IMG/VR virus record: IMGVR_UViG_3300017917_002938
Coordinates: 99,544 to 163,543 of that record
Direction: 5' to 3' (one strand)
Length of the DNA: 64,000 bases
Origin: a virus
Positions 1-8,059 of this stretch are shown piece by piece. Each line of letters opens with the position of its first letter. Within the stretch, counting starts at the first letter, position 1. The notes under the pieces are model-generated. The model had not been told where the DNA came from and did not search any database. It was given only the letters and a program-made list of their open reading frames with translations. The position numbers were made by a program, and so were the translations under genes.

Positions 1-192
1 AACATTCTTATATTTGTCTGAGGCTTGTTTGAAAAAATTCATGTATTCCTGACCTCTTTTACTCTCAGGAAAATCCATATCCTTAGCAACGCAAATATCC
101 CCGGAAAGGATCAATACGTCAGCTTCGGGCTGATCATCAAAACCTAGAGGACCAAACTCTAGATGCACATCAGACATTAATGCTAATTTCAT
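1..192 (-). CDS. Calcineurin-like metallophosphoesterase (partial, runs off left edge)
   Basis: Manual translation from ATG at 192: MKLALMSDVHLEFGPLGFDDQPEADVLILSGDICVAKD..., with DxH and GDI metallophosphoesterase motifs; not in ORF track. Confidence 0.8.
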   Translation of the reverse strand, partial: MKLALMSDVHLEFGPLGFDDQPEADVLILSGDICVAKDMDFPESKRGQEYMNFFKQASDKYKNV

Positions 193-371
193 TTTATTTC
201 TTTCTTACGTCGTCTGTATTCGGCTCTAAGCCACCATTTATATTTTTTAAAATACTCCGCGGAGAGGTACTTAGGGTTTTCTCCCGTGATAGAGTAAATC
301 TCATCGCAATGCTCGTACCATATATTTCTTACCCAGTTGCGAAACAATTCATGTTTAGGTCCAGAGTGCAT
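189..371 (-). CDS. Hypothetical small phage protein
   Basis: ORF tiled between neighbours; stop overlaps next start (ATGA). Confidence 0.6.
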   Translation of the reverse strand: MHSGPKHELFRNWVRNIWYEHCDEIYSITGENPKYLSAEYFKKYKWWLRAEYRRRKKEIK

Positions 372-1194
372 GGCGTACCTTGATAAGTCTGATCAACATT
401 TGTTCATCCTCTTCATCATACTCTTGCTCTATTTCTTGACATCTCTTAAGTGAGCTTTCACCTAGAGCTTTTGTTTCAGGATCCTTAGAATCAACCCCTA
501 TCCATCTTATACCGTCGCCCTTCTCTTTGCGCATACGTTCACAATACTCCGACCATCCGCTAGCATCATGTGGATCAGGACGATTGGGATATACTTCCTT
601 CCACCATTTGTAAAGGGTAAGTATTTCCTCAGCATTTTTAGCTTGTGGTGTAAGTTCTCCTAGTGATGCAGAGTCTTCTCCTACCTCTTCTTCTTTCCAG
701 CGAAGTTTTCTTTGCCACTCAAGGTTGGCTAGTCCAGCTTCAGGGCAACGCCATACTCTCCAGCGGAACCATCCTGACCCCCAGAAAGGAGCATTATATA
801 GTTTCTTTTTTTCTGGACTCCAAACTATCTCCCACCATGCTAGTTCTACTTCTACAAATTCTACTAGCTCATTGAATAAGCAAGGAAGAAAACGATTTCC
901 TACATCGCGCCACTCACCAGGTTTAATATCCCGGGGATGAGCAGTAAGAGCGTGAGTGCGAGTGACCCAGCGATTATTTACATAGTATTTTACCGAGTAA
1001 ATTTTATCAACGGGCCACCAAATAAAGTTCTGAATAGCATCAAGAGCTTCCTCGGCAATCCAATATCTAACTGGATACGTTTTACTAGCCAGCCTCTGCC
1101 AACTATCCCATCCCTCGGAAGTTTCTGCTTTTGGTTTTGGAGTTCCACGAAGCCAGTCAGCAAACTTAGAACACGACCAATAATTACTGCGCAT
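355..1194 (-). CDS. Hypothetical Trp-rich protein (279 aa)
   Basis: Long ORF, GGAG RBS, first gene behind the promoter at 1218-1246. Confidence 0.75.
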   Translation of the reverse strand: MRSNYWSCSKFADWLRGTPKPKAETSEGWDSWQRLASKTYPVRYWIAEEALDAIQNFIWWPVDKIYSVKYYVNNRWVTRTHALTAHPRDIKPGEWRDVGNRFLPCLFNELVEFVEVELAWWEIVWSPEKKKLYNAPFWGSGWFRWRVWRCPEAGLANLEWQRKLRWKEEEVGEDSASLGELTPQAKNAEEILTLYKWWKEVYPNRPDPHDASGWSEYCERMRKEKGDGIRWIGVDSKDPETKALGESSLKRCQEIEQEYDEEDEQMLIRLIKVRHALWT

Positions 1195-1217
1195 AAATTT
1201 CTCCGTTTAATGATTAC

Positions 1218-1247
1218 ATTATATCTATAACGAGAAATTAAATCAAC
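1218..1247 (-). promoter_or_regulatory. Early sigma70-type promoter, repeat copy
   Basis: Minus strand GTTGATTTAATTTCTCGTTATAGATATAAT: TTGATT-17bp-TATAAT. Confidence 0.8.
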
Positions 1248-1249
1248 AT

Positions 1250-1276
1250 AAAAAAAACGCCCCGTACGGGGCGTTT
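1250..1276 (-). terminator. Rho-independent terminator after pqqA
   Basis: AAACGCCCC-GTAC-GGGGCGTTTTTTTT on minus strand. Confidence 0.85.
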
Positions 1277-1278
1277 GG

Positions 1279-1350
1279 TTAACGATTTGCGATATACATC
1301 GTAATCTCAAACCCAAATCTCATATCCACTGCTTCTGGCTTAGTCCACAT
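1279..1350 (-). CDS. pqqA: Coenzyme PQQ precursor peptide PqqA (23 aa)
   Basis: Manual translation [23 protein letters not shown]; WxxP...D(L/M)RxGFE(V/I)TxY pattern with the ExxxY pair; AAAGGAG RBS; own terminator; below the ORF-track size cutoff. Confidence 0.92.
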   Translation of the reverse strand: MWTKPEAVDMRFGFEITMYIANR

Positions 1351-1440
1351 ACCGATCTCCTTTGTGAAAAACGTGTACAAAGGTACACGTAATATATTGC
1401 TTAGTTTAAGCGATAGTCACATACAGAAAATCATTAATTA

Positions 1441-1962
1441 CTAACTATTAAGGACTCGCGACACAGATGTAATGACTGCAGCAATACGACCAATATCACG
1501 GAGTTGTTCAACCGTGTAACCTTCCTTCTTGAGCGTGTCGTAGTGTGCCTTGACACAGAAATGACATTTACCTACAATCGAAGCAGACAGGCTATACGCT
1601 TCAAATTTTGCTTTAGTAGTACCACCGTGATTAGCAATCGCGTTCATTCGTAGTTGAGCGGGCAACCCTTTCAGGCTTTCATCCTCGGCCATTTCAACGT
1701 AAGGATACCAAACGTTATTTTGCGCCATGATACTAGCTGCAATCATTGCTGGGTCGTAATTTACTCCCTCAGCTCCTAGAATGGTACCAAGCCATCCTAC
1801 CAACTTACCGTTACCTGTAGCAAATGCTGCTGCCATAGCACAAAGAGCGGCTTCCTCTTTATCCAAAGTGCTGCGTTTCAATACCGCATCTAAGTTAAGT
1901 TTAGTATCCTTGGCATACTCAGGGATACTATCCTTGAGTTGGTCTACCCAATCTAAATTCAT
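1441..1962 (-). CDS. ahpD: Alkyl hydroperoxide reductase AhpD (CMD family)
   Basis: IPEYAKDTKLNL N-terminus, SIVGKCHFCVKAH CxxC/His motif, downstream of ahpC. Confidence 0.9.
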   Translation of the reverse strand: MNLDWVDQLKDSIPEYAKDTKLNLDAVLKRSTLDKEEAALCAMAAAFATGNGKLVGWLGTILGAEGVNYDPAMIAASIMAQNNVWYPYVEMAEDESLKGLPAQLRMNAIANHGGTTKAKFEAYSLSASIVGKCHFCVKAHYDTLKKEGYTVEQLRDIGRIAAVITSVSRVLNS

Positions 1963-2372
1963 TTTGTTTGTTCTCCTAAAATCTTGTAACCTTTACCTGT
2001 AGGATGTATTCCATCACCACTCATATGACCTTTAGGGCGAGCAATAATTGTGTCTCCGTACTCTTGAGCAATGCGAGTAATTGCATCATGTGGAATAGGT
2101 TTACGGTCTTGCCCGGGGTCAATCCAAAACACACGCTCACCTTTGATGGAGGAACGCATCTTCCTTAATTCACTTTCAGTCTTCACTCCCTTGTGGTCGT
2201 TTGCACCCAGACTGATGATCACGGTTCTTGCCGGTTGAGATGAGGCTTTGGGTAGGTAGTCTTTGTTCCACTGCCAACTGTTCCATCCACCTTTAGAGTA
2301 GCTTACACATTCAGGACGAGCCATCGACGTTCCTACTGCGATGCTGTCACCTATGATCATACAGTCAATCAT
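1959..2372 (-). CDS. SGNH/GDSL hydrolase family protein
   Basis: IIGDSIA (block I), SLGAND (block III), DGIHPT (block V). Confidence 0.8.
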   Translation of the reverse strand: MIDCMIIGDSIAVGTSMARPECVSYSKGGWNSWQWNKDYLPKASSQPARTVIISLGANDHKGVKTESELRKMRSSIKGERVFWIDPGQDRKPIPHDAITRIAQEYGDTIIARPKGHMSGDGIHPTGKGYKILGEQTK

Positions 2373-2914
2373 TAGAGAGTCTCCCCACCAACGACTCGGT
2401 TACATGCACAAAGTTCTCCAGTTTGCAATGCATCAAGTACGCGCAAAGTTTCTTCTGGAGAGCGACCTACGTTTAAATTGTTGACAGTTACATGTTGAAT
2501 AACGTTATCAGGATCTACAATAAATGTAGCGCGCAATGCTGCACCAGCAGGGGCATAGAATACGCCAAGCTGGTCAATCAATGATTTGTCCCATTCACGA
2601 GATGTGTCGGCAAACTGAATATGCTTGATCTTAGCCAAATCAGGGTGTGCTTTCTGCCATGCTAGTTTACAGAACTCATTATCTGTTGAACCTGTTAGCA
2701 GAACTGCATCACGGTCTGCAAAGTCCTGGAATAGTTTATCATATGCAACTATCTCGGTTGGACATACGAATGTGAAATCTTTTGGATAGTAAACGATTAC
2801 TTTCCATTTACCTTCAAACGATTCTTCTGTGATGTCAAAAAACGCATCTTCTGGTTGACCAGGTTTAACTCCCGTGATAGCGAACGGGTGTAGTTTATCT
2901 CCTACTGTAAGCAT
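2372..2914 (-). CDS. ahpC: Peroxiredoxin AhpC (2-Cys)
   Basis: YPKDFTFVCPTEI peroxidatic motif, RATFIVDPD, GELCACN resolving Cys. Confidence 0.95.
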   Translation of the reverse strand: MLTVGDKLHPFAITGVKPGQPEDAFFDITEESFEGKWKVIVYYPKDFTFVCPTEIVAYDKLFQDFADRDAVLLTGSTDNEFCKLAWQKAHPDLAKIKHIQFADTSREWDKSLIDQLGVFYAPAGAALRATFIVDPDNVIQHVTVNNLNVGRSPEETLRVLDALQTGELCACNRVVGGETL

Positions 2915-2968
2915 ATTTTCTCCTAAGTGAAAGTAAAAAGAGTGCCTGAAGCACTCTTACATTGTATG

Positions 2969-3037
2969 ATTATCTATAATTGAAAACCAGAATACAATTG
3001 AATATTTCTATTGAATGTTTCTATAACGATGATCGAT
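2969..3037 (-). promoter_or_regulatory. ahpC promoter with upstream LysR/OxyR-like boxes
   Basis: TTGTAT-17bp-GATAAT preceded by overlapping ATCG-N7-TTAT, ATAG-N7-CAAT and ATAG-N7-CAAT dyads. Confidence 0.5.
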
Positions 3038-3041
3038 TTTA

Positions 3042-3524
3042 TTAATCATCCTTAGGTGCTTCTACATACTTACGTTCGGGGGCGTATGGGAAGTTAACTT
3101 CTACTCTTGAATCGCGGCTGGTGAAATAACTCTTATATTTTTCACCTGTCTCCTCATCTGTATGCCAATCGTAGAACACTACTCCATCGATATCATAAGC
3201 GCCCGATTCATCTTTGAAGACATGGGAACAGCGTTTGTTCTGCCATAACTTACCCCCATCTCGTCCACCCCTATCACTTACATCTGTCCATTCCCAGTCT
3301 TCACCAGTCAATGGTACAATAGGTTTGAACATAGCCAATTGTTGAAACATATTAATGGCATATGGTGCAGTTGAACCAGAATGTCCTTCACCACTAAACA
3401 CTTCTAATAATTTTAGAACATGATTACAGATTGCTTCCTGCATATCATCATCGTATTTTCCATTCTCGTCTACCCAACCAGCGGCACGGAATTCTTCTTT
3501 AGCGTGATTCAATAAGTTACTCAT
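3042..3524 (-). CDS. Hypothetical phage protein
   Basis: 160-aa ORF with GGAG RBS; FSGEGHSGST...PLTGED.EW motif I recognise from phage hypotheticals. Confidence 0.7.
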   Translation of the reverse strand: MSNLLNHAKEEFRAAGWVDENGKYDDDMQEAICNHVLKLLEVFSGEGHSGSTAPYAINMFQQLAMFKPIVPLTGEDWEWTDVSDRGGRDGGKLWQNKRCSHVFKDESGAYDIDGVVFYDWHTDEETGEKYKSYFTSRDSRVEVNFPYAPERKYVEAPKDD

Positions 3525-3676
3525 TATGTTCTCTCCACATCTTGATTGCTTTTTTCAACTCATCCATCTGTTCAAGTCGAATATGATCCATGATACCCCA
3601 TTCATCTTTGTTCTTCGACATATCCCAAAGTTTATCATGGTGTTTCTGTAATACATCAATTACTACATCATAATCT

Positions 3677-3925
3677 TCACTCACTTGGCACTCCTACTTT
3701 TGGACCAACAAGTGAATTACCCCATTGGTCTGTTTCCACTGCCCAATGTACCACGATCCAATCATCTAGTGCAGCCTGGTCTGTCATTAAATGGGCTTTA
3801 TCGGCTTGACACATCATCATAACCCAATTGCGATACCATGCACTTCTCAGTATCTGTTCTTCAGACCAAGTCTCTACAACATGCTGATCTTCTTCACCAG
3901 GGAAAGATATAGTCCAGTATTTCAT
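3677..3925 (-). CDS. Hypothetical protein
   Basis: Tiled minus-strand ORF. Confidence 0.6.
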   Translation of the reverse strand: MKYWTISFPGEEDQHVVETWSEEQILRSAWYRNWVMMMCQADKAHLMTDQAALDDWIVVHWAVETDQWGNSLVGPKVGVPSE

Positions 3926-4092
3926 TTATCTTTTTCGGTAAGAAATGTACTGTGCGTATTTTGAACGAGTGGGCTTGTGTTTGAAGCTGACTCCACCTTT
4001 GGAGGACAATAGAAACACATATGTGTTGTAGGTGCATATACGCGATTACAAAGTGGGCATTGCCAGCCTTGTTGTGGGGTATTAAACATCAT
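3922..4092 (-). CDS. Small Zn-ribbon protein
   Basis: WQCPLCNRVYAPTTHMCFYC; start trimmed to MMFNTP. Confidence 0.6.
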   Translation of the reverse strand: MMFNTPQQGWQCPLCNRVYAPTTHMCFYCPPKVESASNTSPLVQNTHSTFLTEKDK

Positions 4093-4294
4093 CTTCTTCT
4101 CCGTACCCAATTTCATCCAAAGCTTTGTCAAACTCATGATCTAGCCCTCTACATTCACAAACAGTATCACAATCATGACTTTCGAAATGATCGATATACA
4201 ACTTATATAACTCTTTTCGATACTTTTTAGGAACGGCTTTCTGGGTAGAAAGAATAACATCCCTTAACAGATCAGAACCTGATGCCCATCCCAT
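4082..4294 (-). CDS. Hypothetical protein
   Basis: Starts MGWASGS, acidic tail; tiled ORF. Confidence 0.6.
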   Translation of the reverse strand: MGWASGSDLLRDVILSTQKAVPKKYRKELYKLYIDHFESHDCDTVCECRGLDHEFDKALDEIGYGEEDDV

Positions 4295-4295
4295 T

Positions 4296-4622
4296 TTATA
4301 CTCCAAACATTCTTTTCAGTTGTTCGATATGCAAAGATCTCAAATTGGATTCAATCTCAACATTAGCGGCTTCTCTAACACATTCTTCAATGTCAATCTG
4401 ACCACCAACGATTGCCGCTGTCACCAGCAGCCTCATCTCATCAAGATGTAAATCAAACTTTTTGGTTTCTTTATTGTGTTCAATGGTATAATCCATTCCT
4501 TCACCGTTCCACCATTCAGAAAAATGAACAGAGACGGGGCCGTGTAGGCTGCTATCCTCAATTATACCGACTGTCCCGGTCTTCCTGACGTTTGCAAATT
4601 TCTTTTGCTGATTCAAATCCAT
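4296..4622 (-). CDS. Hypothetical protein
   Basis: AAGGAG RBS before MDLNQQ; start uncertain. Confidence 0.55.
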   Translation of the reverse strand: MDLNQQKKFANVRKTGTVGIIEDSSLHGPVSVHFSEWWNGEGMDYTIEHNKETKKFDLHLDEMRLLVTAAIVGGQIDIEECVREAANVEIESNLRSLHIEQLKRMFGV

Positions 4623-4908
4623 AATCAAATGTCTCCTTAATAAGTTGTTCAAATTCTTGAGGGGAAAAGCAGTAGGTTGAAATAGAATATTCTTTACCCA
4701 TAAGCTCGGGGCGGTCTCTTTGAGATAGGAGTACCAACTTTGGTTTATCAATAATAGCCTGTGCTATAGCTTGTCTTAAACCATCGGTGATCATATGATG
4801 TACATCTACATCATTTTTAATATCTAGTATGCTACTGACTATTGTCTTGCATTCTAGCCTACAATCTACTTTTTTACCTTTGAGGTACTTTACCAACATA
4901 TCATTCAC
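4558..4908 (-). CDS. Hypothetical protein
   Basis: Tiled minus-strand ORF. Confidence 0.55.
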   Translation of the reverse strand: MNDMLVKYLKGKKVDCRLECKTIVSSILDIKNDVDVHHMITDGLRQAIAQAIIDKPKLVLLSQRDRPELMGKEYSISTYCFSPQEFEQLIKETFDYGFESAKEICKRQEDRDSRYN

Positions 4909-5015
4909 TGTTCTTCCCCTTATAATTACCTAGTAGTAAGACAGTGAGTAAGAACCACCAAGGAGACCAGTCCCACATCTGTACCATATACGCAGTACCG
5001 GCTAGTAGGGAGAGA

Positions 5016-5207
5016 TTATAGACGGCGACGATAATTATTGCTATTAATTTTATCATATTCATCTTGACTGTCCCTATCAATTTTTCTCAAACCGGAAAAC
5101 AAAAAAATGAAGCCGGTTACCAATACTGTCAACCATTGATACGGTGCTAACATTTCATCGTAGGTTCCGTAGAAGATAATGATCAACCCTATCCATAGTC
5201 TGATCAT
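5016..5207 (-). CDS. Small membrane protein
   Basis: Two hydrophobic segments. Confidence 0.55.
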   Translation of the reverse strand: MIRLWIGLIIIFYGTYDEMLAPYQWLTVLVTGFIFLFSGLRKIDRDSQDEYDKINSNNYRRRL

Positions 5208-5419
5208 TTGATGGCTCTCACCCTATCAATTACTTCATTGGCAAGAGTATAATCACCACTCAACTCTACCGCTTGATCGATCAAATCAAGTCTGTAACAT
5301 CTAAGCAATTCCATAGCATATTCCCTATCATCAGAAGAAATCGTATCCCACCATTCGTCAAGATCCTTTTTCTTAAGGTTCAATATGAAGTTGAGGTTGT
5401 TCAGATCATACTCATCCAT
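5204..5419 (-). CDS. Hypothetical acidic protein
   Basis: GGAG RBS, tiled ORF. Confidence 0.6.
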   Translation of the reverse strand: MDEYDLNNLNFILNLKKKDLDEWWDTISSDDREYAMELLRCYRLDLIDQAVELSGDYTLANEVIDRVRAIK

Positions 5420-5420
5420 A

Positions 5421-5615
5421 TTAACTCCCTCCGCCGGCGTATGCGTGATGAAGTACGTAATTGATCACTTCTTTTTGTCCTCTTTCTCCACTGATCCACA
5501 GATCAATAGGGCGTTGGAACTTGAAGGAAGCGTTAGGACTATCCCACCATTTAGAAACAAAATCTTCTGATCCTAGCATGGCCAGAAGGTGTTTATCCAC
5601 GATATGTTTGTACAT
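5421..5615 (-). CDS. Xre/MbcA/ParS antitoxin C-terminal-like domain protein
   Basis: WWDSPNASFKFQRPIDLW...G.KEVINYV matches the W..PN.....P.DL....G...V..Y pattern of DUF2384-type domains. Confidence 0.55.
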   Translation of the reverse strand: MYKHIVDKHLLAMLGSEDFVSKWWDSPNASFKFQRPIDLWISGERGQKEVINYVLHHAYAGGGS

Positions 5616-5802
5616 CCCAATACTCCTCTAATAACTGTGCACCATATACACAGTTATTTTCTTTTAAATATTCTATAGATTCTTCTATGGACTTATGTAC
5701 AGCTTCAGGGACCTGATCACGGGTGCGCATCCATTTACCATCGATAGATTTTTCGGCCTGTTCAACCAGATCGGCAATTTGCCTCTTACGCCACCCACTC
5801 AT
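5593..5802 (-). CDS. Hypothetical protein
   Basis: Tiled ORF. Confidence 0.55.
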   Translation of the reverse strand: MSGWRKRQIADLVEQAEKSIDGKWMRTRDQVPEAVHKSIEESIEYLKENNCVYGAQLLEEYWDVQTYRG

Positions 5803-6071
5803 AACGCTCTCCCTGTCTTAATGTAGAGGTATTCATCCAGTTCTTGATCGAAAGGTTTACCTTGACGGCGTAGGTGGAAGATCTTATCAATCAGGCTCTC
5901 CGAATCACCGTATGTCGGATGAAACAGATCCCGCTTTTGACACTCTTCAATCAATTCTTGATCGGAGGTGTTTTCTAGAAAATCATAACCACGACATTGA
6001 AGCTCATCGATCAAATCATCTTCATCGAAGTCTTCCAGATCTACATCTACATCTACACTTTTACGAACCAT
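5799..6071 (-). CDS. Hypothetical acidic protein
   Basis: Repeated D..D..LI.E...R motif; GGAG RBS. Confidence 0.65.
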   Translation of the reverse strand: MVRKSVDVDVDLEDFDEDDLIDELQCRGYDFLENTSDQELIEECQKRDLFHPTYGDSESLIDKIFHLRRQGKPFDQELDEYLYIKTGRAL

Positions 6072-6309
6072 ATAACATCTCCTGAATTCGTCTCTTGGCC
6101 TCAGTAATAGACTTACATACCACGTTATTAACAGCTATCTTGTTATGGGCGGCAATCGCTACCTCATACTCATCGGTAGATAGATTATAAACTTTTTTAT
6201 TATTTACTACAACTTTATCATAGGTAGGACGTTGACCGGTCGCAAAGAAGAGTGTATCGGATAATTCCTCGCGAGCGGTCATCATCAGAAACGCATTATT
6301 GGCCTGCAT
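6061..6309 (-). CDS. Hypothetical protein
   Basis: GGAGG RBS; tiled ORF. Confidence 0.6.
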   Translation of the reverse strand: MQANNAFLMMTAREELSDTLFFATGQRPTYDKVVVNNKKVYNLSTDEYEVAIAAHNKIAVNNVVCKSITEAKRRIQEMLYGS

Positions 6310-6460
6310 TCAACGCCTCCTGGTACTTAGTCGAGTGGCAGTACTTAAAGAGCATGACGTGGTATTTGAACTGTTTGGGGTGGTGTTCAAAACTGGGAAG
6401 GTTATCTCCCCAAATCTCTACCATTGCCTGGTACAGGTTCATGATTTGTTTTTCCGTCAT
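6296..6460 (-). CDS. Hypothetical 54-aa protein
   Basis: Manual translation MTEKQIMNLYQAMVEIWGDNLPSFEHHPKQFKYHVMLFKY...; not in ORF track. Confidence 0.5.
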   Translation of the reverse strand: MTEKQIMNLYQAMVEIWGDNLPSFEHHPKQFKYHVMLFKYCHSTKYQEALNAGQ

Positions 6461-6521
6461 ACTGAAAAAGGGGAGTATACTTTAGATGCAAGGGCCCCGC
6501 AGGGGCCCCCCCGCCGCCGGC

Positions 6522-6998
6522 TCAGGCCAACTCTTTGCACTTGTTGAAGTAGATGGTAGCGTTGTTCTTAGACACCACCAAACTGGCCATGATAGACTGA
6601 ATGCACTCCAGACGGACTTCCTTGGAGAATTCAGTTTGACCGAACCCTTTGTAGATGTCCAATGCTTTCGAAAGCTTGGAGGTGGTGCGAGGCAGTTTAG
6701 CCACTTTCACACCGACCACATCGGTCTTCATGCGAGCCATTTTCTTACCTTTGGCAGGTTTGGTAGTAGCTTGAACTTCTTGACTAGTATTTTCCATAAC
6801 AGATTTCCTTTTCACTTTTTTACTAGGTTTAAGCAAGTCCTCGGCCGTACAATACGGAACGATTACTTGACGATAACAAACGGCGTAGGTGCCGTCTGGT
6901 CTACTGACGAATTCGCTTTTATACGAACGCATCAATCCTTGGGCCTTCAGATCCTGATCGTACTGATCGGTCATCGGTATCTTCTTCATTCTGGCCAT
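6522..6998 (-). CDS. Basic putative DNA-binding protein; C-terminal domain paralogous to 12476-12700
   Basis: SKLSKALDIY...IQSIMASLVVSKNNATIYFNKCK aligns with TKLAVAVELF...IQVMVEDLKITKTNASIYFAKAK. Confidence 0.6.
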   Translation of the reverse strand: MARMKKIPMTDQYDQDLKAQGLMRSYKSEFVSRPDGTYAVCYRQVIVPYCTAEDLLKPSKKVKRKSVMENTSQEVQATTKPAKGKKMARMKTDVVGVKVAKLPRTTSKLSKALDIYKGFGQTEFSKEVRLECIQSIMASLVVSKNNATIYFNKCKELA

Positions 6999-7004
6999 TT
7001 CAAC

Positions 7005-7060
7005 ATCCTTTTCTCATTCACTATACATTAATTATAGCGACATGTCGAAATTAAATCCAC
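7005..7060 (-). promoter_or_regulatory. Early promoter + RBS cassette, repeat copy
   Basis: GTGGATTTAATTTCGACATGTCGCTATAAT...GAATGAGAAAAGGA. Confidence 0.8.
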
Positions 7061-7116
7061 TGTTTTTTCATTGAAAAACACCCACGGATTCTGTAGTGTC
7101 TGAGGTTATTGAAACG

Positions 7117-7458
7117 TTAATTACCCGAGTTTTGGAGAAATTCCCCTCTGACACCGCACATTCCGGCGATGATCGTACGTATATCAGAATCTCCTTCATT
7201 CCAAAGAGGGCGCTTGGCGATGACGTTGCCGTACCGTTCCACTGAATCCAGGTATCGTTGATCAAATATTTTACCGATAGTATCGAACATCAGAAGGCGT
7301 TCTTCTTCGGTGAGATTGGCCATGGCAATGGCTTCCATGATTTTTGACTTATTCTCCCGACCGGTCGTCCATACTCGGTGGTCATCGGAATATTCATAGA
7401 AGTGATCAAAGTTGATGATAGCGTTAATCAGGTATTGGAGTTGTTGTAGTGTTCTCAT
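7117..7458 (-). CDS. Hypothetical protein
   Basis: FDHFYEYSDDHRVW motif I recognise from phage early genes. Confidence 0.65.
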   Translation of the reverse strand: MRTLQQLQYLINAIINFDHFYEYSDDHRVWTTGRENKSKIMEAIAMANLTEEERLLMFDTIGKIFDQRYLDSVERYGNVIAKRPLWNEGDSDIRTIIAGMCGVRGEFLQNSGN

Positions 7459-7632
7459 TTAAACCTCTCGCAAAAGAATACAATGGTCATAAAGTTCTAG
7501 AAGATCAACGTCAGATAGATCCTCCACCTCTTGGGGAGTCATGGAATATTCAGCCATCAACATATCTTCATCTAACGCAAAGAATATGTATTCGACTAAA
7601 AGTTCCCGAAGGGAGAGTTCAGTCTTTACCAT
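7459..7632 (-). CDS. Hypothetical acidic protein
   Basis: Start trimmed to MVKTEL. Confidence 0.55.
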   Translation of the reverse strand: MVKTELSLRELLVEYIFFALDEDMLMAEYSMTPQEVEDLSDVDLLELYDHCILLREV

Positions 7633-7633
7633 A

Positions 7634-8059
7634 TCAGTACCAAGTCCTATGTTCTTCAGCCACATGTTCGCGTCCATCATACTCATCAATGTACCACTTA
7701 ACATCATCTGGAATCTCTACAACAGCAAGTTCAGCAGCTACTCCATCAGCTTCACTACCCATCTCTTCAACTACTTGAACCAATGCTGGATCATGTCGTT
7801 CGATATCTCGTTCATAAAAACTCTGCGCAGAATACAACTTATTGTAAGCAACACGCTCTTCTCTAGACATGGCGCGCCATGCATCACCTTCTTTAGATTC
7901 AATGCGATCTTCTGGCTTAACTAGCCAGTAAGTCCAAAACTTCCAGTTACGGTTATTCTGTTCTGGGTATACAGTGATACCTTTGATCTCGAAGTATCGC
8001 ATAACAGCTTCATGACTCAAACCAAAGCCACCAAAGCATCTATTAATTACTACTTTCAT
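7634..8059 (-). CDS. Conserved phage hypothetical protein
   Basis: MKVVINRCFGGFGLS...RHDPALVQVVEE...IDEYDGRE pattern. Confidence 0.75.
   Translation of the reverse strand: MKVVINRCFGGFGLSHEAVMRYFEIKGITVYPEQNNRNWKFWTYWLVKPEDRIESKEGDAWRAMSREERVAYNKLYSAQSFYERDIERHDPALVQVVEEMGSEADGVAAELAVVEIPDDVKWYIDEYDGREHVAEEHRTWY

Noticed and set aside
990-1316. 108-aa minus-strand ORF in the track
   Set aside because: It crosses a terminator and a promoter and overlaps pqqA and the 279-aa gene in other frames; shadow ORF.
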